From NCBI GenBank assembly GCA_964016885.1, contig OZ024744.1, positions 12,090,001 to 12,154,000 on the forward strand: a stretch of DNA of 64,000 bases, read 5' to 3'. Origin of the DNA: Eledone cirrhosa. Its lineage: Eukaryota. A program made the translations under genes and the position numbers. Under the pieces are notes generated by a model. That model saw only the letters and a program-made list of their open reading frames with translations. It did not search any database and was not told the DNA's origin. Of this stretch, positions 44,901 to 59,900 are shown one piece after another. How positions within the stretch are numbered: position 1 is the first letter of the stretch; each line of letters starts with the position of its first letter.

Positions 44901-47900
44901 ATATAACATAAAACATTCTATTTATACGTCTAATGACTGTCTATAACATAACACATTCTATTTCACCATCTAATGACGGTCTATAACATAAAACATCTAT
45001 TTGTCCATCTAATGACGGTCTATAACATAAAACATTCTAAGTGACCATCTAATGACAGTCTATAACATAAAACATTCTATTTGTCCATCTAATGACTGTC
45101 TATAACATGAAACATTCTATTTGTCCATCTAATGACGGTCTATAACATAAAACATACTATTTGACCATCTAATCACTGTCTATAACATAAAACATTCTAT
45201 TTGTCCATCTAATGACGGTCTATAACATAAAACATTCTATTTGACAATCTAATAACTGTCTATAACACAGAACATTCTATTTGACCATCTAATGACTGTC
45301 TATAACATAACAGATTCTATTTCACCATCTAATGACTGACTAGAACGTAAAACATTCTTTTTAACCATCTAATGACGGTATATAGCATAAAACATTCTAT
45401 CTGACCATCTAATGACTGTCTATAACATAAAACATTCTATTTGTCCATCTAATGACTGTCTATAAGATAAAACATTCTATTTGTCTATCTAATGACGGTC
45501 TATAACATAAAACATTCTATTTGACAATCTAATAACTGTGTATAACACAGAACATTCTATTTGACCATCTAATGACTGTCTATAACATAACAGATTCTAT
45601 TTCACCATCTAATGACTGACTAGAACGTAAAACATTCTTTTTAACCATCTAATGACGGTATATAGCATAAAACATTCTATCTGACCATCTAATGACTGTC
45701 TATAACATAAAACATTCTATTTGTCCATCTAATGACTGTCTATAAGATAAAACATTCTATTTGTCTATCTAATGACGGTCTATAACATAACACATTATAT
45801 TTGTCCATCTAATGACGGTCTATAACATAAAACATTCTATGTGACCATCTAATGACTGTCTATAACATAAAACATTCTATGTGACCATCTAATGACAGTC
45901 TATAACATAAAACATTCTATTTGACCATCAAATTACTGTCTATAACATAAAACATTCTATCTGAGCATCTAATGACTGTCTATAACATAAAACATTCTAT
46001 GTGACCATCTAATCACTGTCTATAACATAAAACATTCTATTTGACTATCTAATGACTGTCTATAACATAACACATTCTATTTCACCATCTAATGACGGTC
46101 TATAACTAAAAACATCTATTTGTCCATCTAATGACGGTCTATAACATAAAACATTCTATGTGACCATCTAATGACAGTCTATAAAGTAAAACATTCTATT
46201 TGAATATCTAATGACTGTCTATAACATAAAACATTCTATGTGACCATCAAATGACTGTCTATAACATAAAACATTCTATTTGACCATCTAATGACTGTCT
46301 ATAACATGAAACATTCTATTTGTACATCTAATGACGGTCTATAACATACAACATTTTATTTGACCATATTATGACTGTCTATAACATAAAACATTCTATG
46401 TGACCATCTAATGACGGTCTATAACATAAAACATTCTATGAGACCATCTAATGACTGTCTATAACATAAAACATTCCATTTGTCTATCTAATGAAGGTCT
46501 ATAACATAAAACATTCTATTCGACCATATAATGACTGTCTATAACATAAAACATTCTATGTGACAATCTAATCACTGTCTATAACATAAAACATTCTTTT
46601 TATCCGTCTAATGAAGTCTATAACATAAAACATTCTATTTGTCTATCTAATGACGGTCTATAACATTAAACATTCTATTTCACCATCTAATGACTGTTTA
46701 TAACATAAAACATTTTATGTGACAATCTAATGACAGTCTATAACATAAAACATTCTATTTGACCATCAAATGACTGTCTATAACATACAACAATCTACTT
46801 GACCATATAATGACTGTCTATAACATAAAACATTCTATGTGACCATCTAATTACGGTCTATAACATAAAACATTCTATTTGTCCATCTAATGACGGTCTA
46901 TAACATACAACATTCTATTTGACCATATAATGACGACTGTCTATAACATAAAACATTCTATGTGACCATCTAATGACGGTCTATAACAGAAAACATTCTA
47001 TTTGACCATCTAATGACTGTCTATAACATAAAACATTCTATTTGTCCATCTAATGAGGTCTATAATATAAAACATTCTATTCGACCATATAATGACTGTC
47101 TATAACATAAAACATTCTATGTGACAATCTAATGACTGTCTATAACATAAAACATTCTTTGTATCCGTCTAATGAAGTCTATAACATAAAACATTCTATG
47201 TGACCATATAATGACTGTCTATAACATAAAACATTCTATTTTACCATCTAATGACTCTCTATAACATAAAACATTCTATTTGACCATCTAATGACTGTCT
47301 ATAACATAACACATTCTATTTCACCATCTAATGACTGTCTATGACATAAAACATTCTATTTGACCATCTAATGACTGTCTATAACATAAAACATTCTATT
47401 TGACTATCTAATGAGTGTCTATAACATAAAACATTCTACTTGACCATCTAATGACTCTCTATAACGTAAAACATTCTATGTGACCATCTAATGACTGTCT
47501 ATAACATAAAATATTCTATTTGACCATCTAATGACTGTCTATAACATAAAAGATTCTATGTGACCATCTAATGACGGTCTATAACATAAAACATTCTATT
47601 TGTCCATCTAATGACTGTCTATAACATACAACATTCTATTTGTCCCTCTTATGACGGTCTATAACATAAAACATTCTATTTGACCATATAATGACTGTCT
47701 ATAACATAAAACATTGTATGTGAGCATCTAATGACGGTCTATAACATAAAACATTCTATTTGACCATCTAATGACTGTCTATAACATAAAACATTCTATT
47801 TTACCATCTAATGACTGTCTATAACATAGAACATTCTCTGTGACCATCTAATGACAGTCTATAACATGAAACATTCTATTTGACCATCAAATGGCTGTCT

Positions 47901-50900
47901 ATAACATAAAACATTCTATTTGACCATCTAATGACTGTCTATAACATAACACATTCTATTTCACCATCTAATGACGGTCTATAACATAAAACATCTATTT
48001 GTCCATCTAATGACGGTCTATAACATAAAACATTCTAAGTGACCATCTAATGACAGTCTATAACATAGAACATTCTATTTGTCCATCTAATGACTGTCTA
48101 TAACATGAAACATTCTATTTGTCCATCTAATGACGGTCTATAACATACAACATTCTATTTGACCATATAATGACTGTCTATAACATAAAACATTCTATGT
48201 GACCATCTAATGACGGTCTATAATATAAAACATTCTATTTGACCATCTAATGACTGTCTATAACATAAAACATTCTATTTGACCATCTAATGACTGTCTA
48301 TAACATAGAACATTCTATGTGACCATCTAATGACAGTCTATAACATGAAACATTCTATTTGACCATCAAATGGCTGTCTATAACATAAAACATTCTATTT
48401 GACCATCTAATGACTGTCTATAACATAACACATTCTATTTCACGATCTAATGACGGTCTATAACATAAAACATCTATTTGTCCATCTAATGACGGTCTAT
48501 AACATAAAACATTCTAAGTGACCATCTAATGACAGTCTATAACATAAAACATTCTATTTGTCCATCTAATGACTGTCTATAACATGAAACATTCTATTTG
48601 TCCATCTAATGACGGTCTATAACATAAAATATTCTATTTGTCCATCTAATGACGGTCTATTACATAAAACATACTATTTGACCATCTAATCACTGTCTAT
48701 AACATAAAACATTCTATTTGTCCATCTAATGACTGTCTATAACATAAAACATTCTATTTGACTATCTAATGAGTGTCTATAACATAAAACATTCTACTTG
48801 ACCATCTAATGACTCTCTATAACGTAAAACATTCTATGTGACCATCTAATGACTGTCTATAACATAAAATATTCTATTTGACCATCTAATGACTGTCTAT
48901 AACATAAAAGATTCTATGTGACCATCTAATGACGGTCTATAACATAAAACATTCTATTTGTCCATCTAATGACTGTCTATAACATACAACATTCTATTTG
49001 TCCCTCTTATGACGGTCTATAACATAAAACATTCTATTTGACCATATAATGACTGTCTATAACATAAAACATTGTATGTGACCATCTAATGACGGTCTAT
49101 AACATAAAACATTCTATTTGACCATCTAATGACTGTCTATAACATAAAACATTCTATTTTACCATCTAATGACTGTCTATAACATAGAACATTCTCTGTG
49201 ACCATCTAATGACAGTCTATAACATGAAACATTCTATTTGACCATCAAATGGCTGTCTATAACATAAAACATTCTATTTGACCATCTAATGACTGTCTAT
49301 AACATAACACATTCTATTTCACCATCTAATGACGGTCTATAACATAAAACATCTATTTGTCCATCTAATGACGGTCTATAACATAAAACATTCTAAGTGA
49401 CCATCTAATGACAGTCTATAACATAGAACATTCTATTTGTCCATCTAATGACTGTCTATAACATGAAACATTCTATTTGTCCATCTAATGACGGTCTATA
49501 ACATACAACATTCTATTTGACCATATAATGACTGTCTATAACATAAAACATTCTATGTGACCATCTAATGACGGTCTATAATATAAAACATTCTATTTGA
49601 CCATCTAATGACTGTCTATAACATAAAACATTCTATTTGACCATCTAATGACTGTCTATAACATAGAACATTCTATGTGACCATCTAATGACAGTCTATA
49701 ACATGAAACATTCTATTTGACCATCAAATGGCTGTCTATAACATAAAACATTCTATTTGACCATCTAATGACTGTCTATAACATAACACATTCTATTTCA
49801 CGATCTAATGACGGTCTATAACATAAAACATCTATTTGTCCATCTAATGACGGTCTATAACATAAAACATTCTAAGTGACCATCTAATGACAGTCTATAA
49901 CATAAAACATTCTATTTGTCCATCTAATGACTGTCTATAACATGAAACATTCTATTTGTCCATCTAATGACGGTCTATAACATAAAACATTCTATTTGTC
50001 CATCTAATGACGGTCTATTACATAAAACATACTATTTGACCATCTAATCACTGTCTATAACATAAAACATTCTATTTGTCCATCTAATGACGGTCTATAA
50101 CATTAAACATTCTATTTGACAATCTAATAACTGTCTATAACACAGAACATTCTATTTGACCATCTAATGACTGTCTATAACATAACAGATTCTATTTCAC
50201 CATCTAATGACTGACTAGAACGTAAAACATTCTTTTTAACCATCTAATGACGGTATATAGCATAAAACATTCTATCTGACCATCTAATGACTGTCTATAA
50301 CATAAAACATTTTATTTGTCCATCTAATGACTGTCTATAAGATAAAACATTCTATTTGTCTATCTAATGACGGTCTATAACATAAAACATTCTATTTGAC
50401 AATCTAATAACTGTCTATAACACAGAACATTCTATTTGACCATCTAATGACTGTCTATAACATAACAGATTCTATTTCACCATCTAATGACTGACTAGAA
50501 CGTAAAACATTCTTTTTAACCATCTAATGACGGTATATAGCATAAAACATTCTATCTGACCATCTAATGACTGTCTATAACATAAAACATTCTATTTGTC
50601 CATCTAATGACTGTCTATAAGATAAAACATTCTATTTGTCTATCTAATGACGGTCTATAACATAACACATTATATTTGTCCATCTAATGACGGTCTATAA
50701 CATAAAACATTCTATGTGACCATCTAATGACTGTCTATAACATAAAACATTCTATGTGACCATCTAATGACAGTCTATAACATAAAACATTCTATTTGAC
50801 CATCAAATTACTGTCTATAACATAAAACATTCTATCTGAGCATCTAATGACTGTCTATAACATAAAACATTCTATGTGACCATCTAATCACTGTCTATAA

Positions 50901-53900
50901 CATAAAACATTCTATTTGACTATCTAATGACTGTCTATAACATAACACATTCTATTTCACCATCTAATGACGGTCTATAACTGAAAACATCTATTTGTCC
51001 ATCTAATGACGGTCTATAACATAAAACATTCTATGTGACCATCTAATGACAGTCTATAAAGTAAAACATTCTATTTAAATATCTAATGACTGTCTATAAC
51101 ATAAAACATTCTATGTGACCATCAAATGACTGTCTATAACATAAAACATTCTATTTGACCATCTAATGACTGTCTATAACATGAAACATTCTATTTGTAC
51201 ATCTAATGACGGTCTATAACATACAACATTTTATTTGACCATATTATGACTGTCTATAACATAAAACATTCTATGTGACCATCTAATGACGGTCTATAAC
51301 ATAAAACATTCTATGAGACCATCTAATGACTGTCTATAACATAAAACATTCCATTTGTCTATCTAATGAAGGTCTATAACATAAAACATTCTATTCGACC
51401 ATATAATGACTGTCTAGAACATAAAACATTCTTTTTATCCGTCTAATGAAGTCTATAACATAAAACATTCTATTTGTCTATCTAATGACGGTCTATAACA
51501 TTAAACATTCTATTTCACCATCTAATGACTGTTTATAACATAAAACATTTTATGTGACAATCTAATGACAGTCTATAACATAAAACATTCTATTTGACCA
51601 TCAAATGACTGTCTATAACATACAACATTCTACTTGACCATATAATGACTGTCTATAACATAAAACATTCTATGTGACCATCTAATTACGGTCTATAACA
51701 TAAAACATTCTATTTGTCCATCTAATGACGGTCTATAACATACAACATTCTATTTGACCATATAATGACGACTGTCTATAACATAAAACATTCTATGTGA
51801 CCATCTAATGACGGTCTATAACAGAAAACATTCTATTTGACCATCTAATGACTGTCTATAACATAAAACATTCTGTTTGTCCATCTAATGAGGTCTATAA
51901 TATAAAACATTCTATTCGACCATATAATGACTGTCTATAACACAAAACATTCTATGTGACAATCTAATGACTGTCTATAACATAAAACATTCTTTTTATC
52001 CGTCGAATGAAGTCTATAACATAAAACATTCTATGTGACCATATAATGACTGTCTATAACATAAAACATTCTATTTTACCATCTAATGACTCTCTATAAC
52101 ATAAAACATTCTATTTGACCATCTAATGACTGTCTATAACATAACACATTCTATTTCACCATCTAATGACTGTCTATAACATAAAACATTCTATTTGACC
52201 ATCTATTGACTGTCTATGACATAAAACATTCTATTTGACCATCTAATGACTGTCTATAACATAAAACATTCTATTTGACTATCTAATGAGTGTCTATAAC
52301 ATAAAACATTCTACTTGACCATCTAATGACTCTCTATAACGTAAAACATTCTATGTGACCATCTAATGACTGTCTATAACATAAAATATTCTATTTGACC
52401 ATCTAATGACTGTCTATAACATAAAAGATTCTATGTGACCATCTAATGACGGTCTATAACATAAAACATTCTATTTGTCCATCTAATGACTGTCTATAAC
52501 ATACAACATTCTATTTGTCCCTCTTATGACGGTCTATAACATAAAACATTCTATTTGACCATATAATGACTGTCTATAACATAAAACATTGTATGTGACC
52601 ATCTAATGACGGTCTATAACATAAAACATTCTATTTGACCATCTAATGACTGTCTATAACATAAAACATTCTATTTTACCATCTAATGACTGTCTATAAC
52701 ATAGAACATTCTATGTGACCATCTAATGACAGTCTATAACATGAAACATTCTATTTGACCATCAAATGGCTGTCTATAACATAAAACATTCTATTTGACC
52801 ATCTAATGACTGTCTATAACATAACACATTCTATTTCACCATCTAATGACGGTCTATAACATAAAACATCTATTTGTCCATCTAATGACGGTCTATAACA
52901 TAAAACATTCTAAGTGACCATCTAATGACAGTCTATAACATAGAACATTCTATTTGTCCATCTAATGACTGTCTATAACATGAAACATTCTATTTGTCCA
53001 TCTAATGACGGTCTATAACATACAACATTCTATTTGACCATATAATGACTGTCTATAACATAAAACATTCTATGTGACCATCTAATGACGGTCTATAATA
53101 TAAAACATTCTATTTGACCATCTAATGACTGTCTATAACATAACACATTCTATTTCACCATCTAATGACGGTCTATAACATAAAACATCTATTTGTCCAT
53201 CTAATGACGGTCTATAACATAAAACATTCTAAGTGACCATCTAATGACAGTCTATAACATAAAACATTCTATTTGTCCATCTAATGACTGTCTATAACAT
53301 GAAACATTCTATTTGTCCATCTAATGACGGTCTATAACATAAAACATTCTATTTGTCCATCTAATGACGGTCTATTACATAAAACATACTATTTGACCAT
53401 CTAATCACTGTCTATAACATAAAACATTCTATTTGTCCATCTAATGACGGTCTATAACATTAAACATTCTATTTGACAATCTAATAACTGTCTATAACAC
53501 AGAACATTCTATTTGACCATCTAATGACTGTCTATAACATAACAGATTCTATTTCACCATCTAATGACTGACTAGAACGTAAAACATTCTTTTTAACCAT
53601 CTAATGACGGTATATAGCATAAAACATTCTATCTGACCATCTAATGACTGTCTATAACATAAAACATTCTATTTGTCCATCTAATGACTGTCTATAAGAT
53701 AAAACATTCTATTTGTCTATCTAATGACGGTCTATAAGATAAAACATTCTATTTGTCCATCTAATGACGGTCTATAACATAAAACATTCTATTTGACCAT
53801 CTAATGGCAGTCTATAACATAAAATATTCTATTTGACCATCTAATGACGGTCTATAGCATAAAAAATTCTATTTGACCATCTAATGACTCTCTGTAACAT

Positions 53901-56900
53901 AAAACATTTATTTGTCCATCTAATGACGGTCTATAACATAAAATATTCTATTTGACCATCTAATCACTATCTATAACATAAAACATTCTATTTGTCCATC
54001 TAATGACGGTCTATAACATAAAACATTCTATTTCACCATCTAATGACTGTCTATAACATAAAACATTCTATGTGACCATCTAATTACTGTCTATAACATA
54101 CAACATTCTATTTTACCATCTAATGACGGTCTATAACATAAAACCTTCTATTTAACCATCTAATGACTGTCTATAACATAAAACATTCTATTTGTCCATC
54201 TAATGACTGTCTATAACATAAAACATTCTATTTGTCCATCTAATGACGGCTATAACATAAAACATTCTATTTGTCCATATAACGACTGTCTATAACATAA
54301 AACATTCTATCTGACCATCTAATGACTGTCTATAACATAAAACATTCTATTTGTCCATCTAATGTCGGTCTATAACATAAAACATTATATTTGTCGATCT
54401 AATGACGGTCTATAACATTAAACATTCTATTTCACCATGTAATGACTGTCTATAACATAAAACATTCTATTTGACAATCTAATGACTGTCTATAACATAA
54501 AACATTCTATTTGACTATCTAATGACTGTCTATAATATAAAACATTCTATTTGACCATCTAATCACTATCTATAACATAAAACATTCTATTTGTCCATCT
54601 AATGACGGTCTATAACATAAAACATTCTATTTCACCATCTAATGACTGTCTATAACATAAAACATTCTATTTGTCCATCTAATGACGGTCTATAAGATAA
54701 AACATTCTATTTGTCCATCTAATGTCGGTCTATAACATAAAACATTCTATTTGTCCATCTAATGACGGTCTATAACATACAACATTTTATTTGACCATAT
54801 TATGACTGTCTATAACATAAAACATTCTATGTGACCATCTAATGACGGTCTATAACATAAAACATTCTATGTGACCATCTAATGACTGTCTATAACATAA
54901 AACATTCTATTTGTCTATCTAATGACGGTCTATAACATAAAACATTCTATTTGACCATATAATGACTGTCTATAACATAAAACATTCTATGTGACAATCT
55001 AATCACTGTCTATAACATAAAACATTCTTTTTATCCGTCTAATGAAGTCTATAACATAAAACATACTATTTGTCTATCTAATGACGGTCTATAACATAAA
55101 ACATTCTATTTGACCATCTAATGACTGTCTATAACATAACAGATTCTATTTCACCATCTAATGACGGTCTATAACATAAAACATCTATTTGTCCATCTAA
55201 TGACGGTCTATAACATAAAACATTCTAAGTGACCATCTAATGACAGTCTATAACATAAAACATTCTATTTGTCCATCTAATGACTGTCTATAACATGAAA
55301 CATTCTATTTGTCCATCTAATGACGGTCTATTACATAAAACATACTATTTGACCATCTAATCACTGTCTATAACATAAAACATTCTATTTGTCCATCTAA
55401 TGACGGTCTATAACATAAAACATTCTATTTGACAATCTAATAACTGTCTATAACACAGAACATTCTATTTGACCATCTAATGACTGTCTATAACATAACA
55501 GATTCTATTTCACCATCTAATGACTGACTAGAACGTAAAACATTCTTTTTAACCATCTAATGACGGTATATAGCATAAAACATTCTATCTGACCATCTAA
55601 TGACTGTCTATAACATAAAACATTCTATTTGTCCATCTAATGACTGTCTATAAGATAAAACATTCTATTTGTCTATCTAATGACGGTCTATAACATAAAA
55701 CATTCTATTTGACAATCTAATAACTGTCTATAACACAGAACATTCTATTTGACCATCTAATGACTGTCTATAACATAACAGATTCTATTTCACCATCTAA
55801 TGACTGACTAGAACGTAAAACATTCTTTTTAACCATCTAATGACGGTATATAGCATAAAACATTCTATCTGACCATCTAATGACTGTCTATAACATAAAA
55901 CATTCTATTTGTCCATCTAATGACTGTCTATAAGATAAAACATTCTATTTGTCTATCTAATGACGGTCTATAACATAACACATTATATTTGTCCATCTAA
56001 TGACGGTCTATAACATAAAACATTCTATGTGACCATCTAATGACTGTCTATAACATAAAACATTCTATGTGACCATCTAATGACAGTCTATAACATAAAA
56101 CATTCTATTTGACCATCAAATTACTGTCTATAACATAAAACATTCTATCTGAGCATCTAATGACTGTCTATAACATAAAACATTCTATGTGACCATCTAA
56201 TCACTGTCTATAACATAAAACATTCTATTTGACCATCTAATGACTGTCTATAACATAACACATTCTATTTCACCATCTAATGACGGTCTATAACTGAAAA
56301 CATCTATTTGTCCATCTAATGACGGTCTATAACATAAAACATTCTATGTGACCATCACATGACTGTCTATAACATAAAACATTCTATTTGACCATCTAAT
56401 GACTGTCTATAACATGAAACATTCTATTTGTACATCTAATGACGGTCTATAACATACAACATTTTATTTGACCATATTATCACTGTCTATAACATAAAAC
56501 ATTCTATGTGACCATCTAATGACGGTCTATAACATAAAACATTCTATGTGACCATCTAATGACTGTCTATAACATAAAACATTCCATTTGTCTATCTAAT
56601 GAAGGTCTATAACATAAAACATTCTATTCGACCATATAATGACTGTCTATAACATAAAACATTCTATGTGACAATCTAATCACTGTCTATAACATAAAAC
56701 ATTCTTTTTATCCGTCTAATGAAGTCTATAACATAAAACATTCTATTTGTCTATCTAATGACGGTCTATAACATTAAACATTCTATTTCACCATCTAATG
56801 ACTGTTTATAACATAAAACATTTTATGTGACAATCTAATGACAGTCTATAACATAAAACATTCTATTTGACCATCAAATGACTGTCTATAACATACAACA

Positions 56901-59900
56901 TTCTACTTGACCATATAATGACTGTCTATAACATAAAACATTCTATGTGACCATCTAATTACGGTCTATAACATAAAACATTCTATTTGTCCATCTAATG
57001 ACGGTCTATAACATACAACATTCTATTTGACCATATAATGACGACTGTCTATAACATAAAACATTCTATGTGACCATCTAATGACGGTCTATAACAGAAA
57101 ACATTCTATTTGACCATCTAATGACTGTCTATAACATAAAACATTCTATTTGTCCATCTAATGAGGTCTATAATATAAAACATTCTATTCGACCATATAA
57201 TGACTGTCTATAACATAAAACATTCTATGTGACAATCTAATGACTGTCTATAACATAAAACATTCTTTTTATCCGTCTAATGAAGTCTATAACATAAAAC
57301 ATTCTATGTGACCATATAATGACTGTCTATAACATAAAACATTCTATTTTACCATCTAATGACTGTCTATAACATAAAACATTCTATTTGACCATCTAAT
57401 GACTGTCTATAACATAACACATTCTATTTCACCATCTAATGACTGTCTATAACATAAAACATTCTATTTGACCATCTAATGACTGTCTATGACATAAAAC
57501 ATTCTATTTGACCATCTAATGACTGTCTATAACATAAAACATTCTATTTGACTATCTAATGAGTGTCTATAACATAAAACATTCTACTTGACCATCTAAT
57601 GACTCTCTATAACGTAAAACATTCTATGTGACCATCTAATGACTGTCTATAACATAAAATATTCTATTTGACCATCTAATGACTGTCTATAACATAAAAG
57701 ATTCTATGTGACCATCTAATGACGGTCTATAACATAAAACATTCTATTTGTCCATCTAATGACTGTCTATAACATACAACATTCTATTTGTCCCTCTTAT
57801 GACGGTCTATAACATAAAACATTCTATTTGACCATATAATGACTGTCTATAATATAAAACATTGTATGTGACCATCTAATGACGGTCTATAACATAAAAC
57901 ATTCTATTTGACCATCTAATGACTGTCTATAACATAAAACATTCTATTTTACCATCTAATGACTGTCTATAACATAAAACATCTATTTGTCCATCTAATG
58001 ACGGTCTATAACATAAAACATTCTACGTGACCATCTAATGACAGTCTATAACATGAAACATTCTATTTGACCATCAAATGGCTGTCTATAACATAAAACA
58101 TTCTATTTGACCATCTAATGACTGTCTATAACATAACACATTCTATTTCACCATCTAATGACGGTCTATAACATAAAACATCTATTTGTCCATCTAATGA
58201 CGGTCTATAACATAAAACATTCTAAGTGACCATCTAATGACAGTCTATAACATAAAACATTCTATTTGTCCATCTAATGACTGTCTATAACATGAAACAT
58301 TCTATTTGTCCATCTAATGACGGTCTATAACATAAAACATTCTATTTGTCCATCTAATGACGGTCTATTACATAAAACATACTATTTGACCATCTAATCA
58401 CTATCTATAACATAAAACATTCTATTTGTCCATCTAATGACGGTCTATAACATAAAACATTCTATTTGACAATCTAATTGTCTATAACACAGAACATTCT
58501 ATTTGACCATCTAATGACTGTCTATAACATAACAGATTCTATTTCACCATCTAATGACTGACTAGAACGTAAAACATTCTTTTTAACCATCTAATGACGG
58601 TATATAGCATAAAACATTCTATCTGACCATCTAATGACTGTCTATAACATAAAACATTCTATTTGTCCATCTAATGACTGACTATAAGATAAAACATTCT
58701 ATTTGTCTATCTAATGACGGTCTATAAGATAAAACATTCTATTTGTCCATCTAATGACGGTCTATAACATAAAACATTCTATTTGACCATCTAATGGCAG
58801 TCTCTAACATAAAATATTCTATTTGACCATCTAATGACGGTCTATAGCATAAAAAATTCTATTTGACCATCTAATGACTCTCTGTAACATAAAACATTTA
58901 TTTGTCCATCTATTGACGGTCTATAACATAAAATATTCTATTTGACCATCTAATCACTATCTATAACATAAAACATTCTATTTGTCCATCTAATGACGGT
59001 CTATAACATAAAACATTCTATTTCACCATCTAATGACGGTCTATAACATAAAACCTTCTATTTAACCATCTAATGACTGTCTATAACATAAAACATTCTA
59101 TTTGTCCATCTAATGACTGTCTATAACATAAAACATTCTATTTGTCCATCTAATGACGGCTATAACATAAAACATTCTATTTGTCCATATAACGAATATC
59201 TATAACATAAAACATTCTATCTGACCATCTAATGACTGTCTATAACATAAAACATTCTATTTGTCCATCTAATGTCGGTCTATAACATAAAACATTATAT
59301 TTGTCGATCTAATGACGGTCTATAACATTAAACATTCTATTTCACCATGTAATGACTGTCTATAACATAAAACATTCTATTTGACAATCTAATGACTGTC
59401 TATAACATAAAACATTCTATTTGACTATCTAATGACTGTCTATAATATAAAACATTCTATTTGACCATCTAATCACTATCTATAACATAAAACATTCTAT
59501 TTGTCCATCTAATGACGGTCTATAACATAAAACATTCTATTTCACCATCTAATGACTGTCTATAACATAAAACATTCTATTTGTCCATCTAATGACGGTC
59601 TATAAGATAAAACATTCTATTTGTCCATCTAATGACGGTCTATAACATAAAACATTCTATTTGTCCATCTAATGACGGTCTATAACATACAACATTTTAT
59701 TTGACCATATTATGACTGTCTATAACATAAAACATTCTATGTGACCATCTAATGACGGTCTATAACATAAAACATTCTATGTGACCATCAAATGACTGTC
59801 TATAACATAAAACATTCTATTTGTCTATCTAATGACGGTCTATAACATAAAACATTCTATTTGACCATATAATGACTGTCTATAACATAAAACATTCTAT

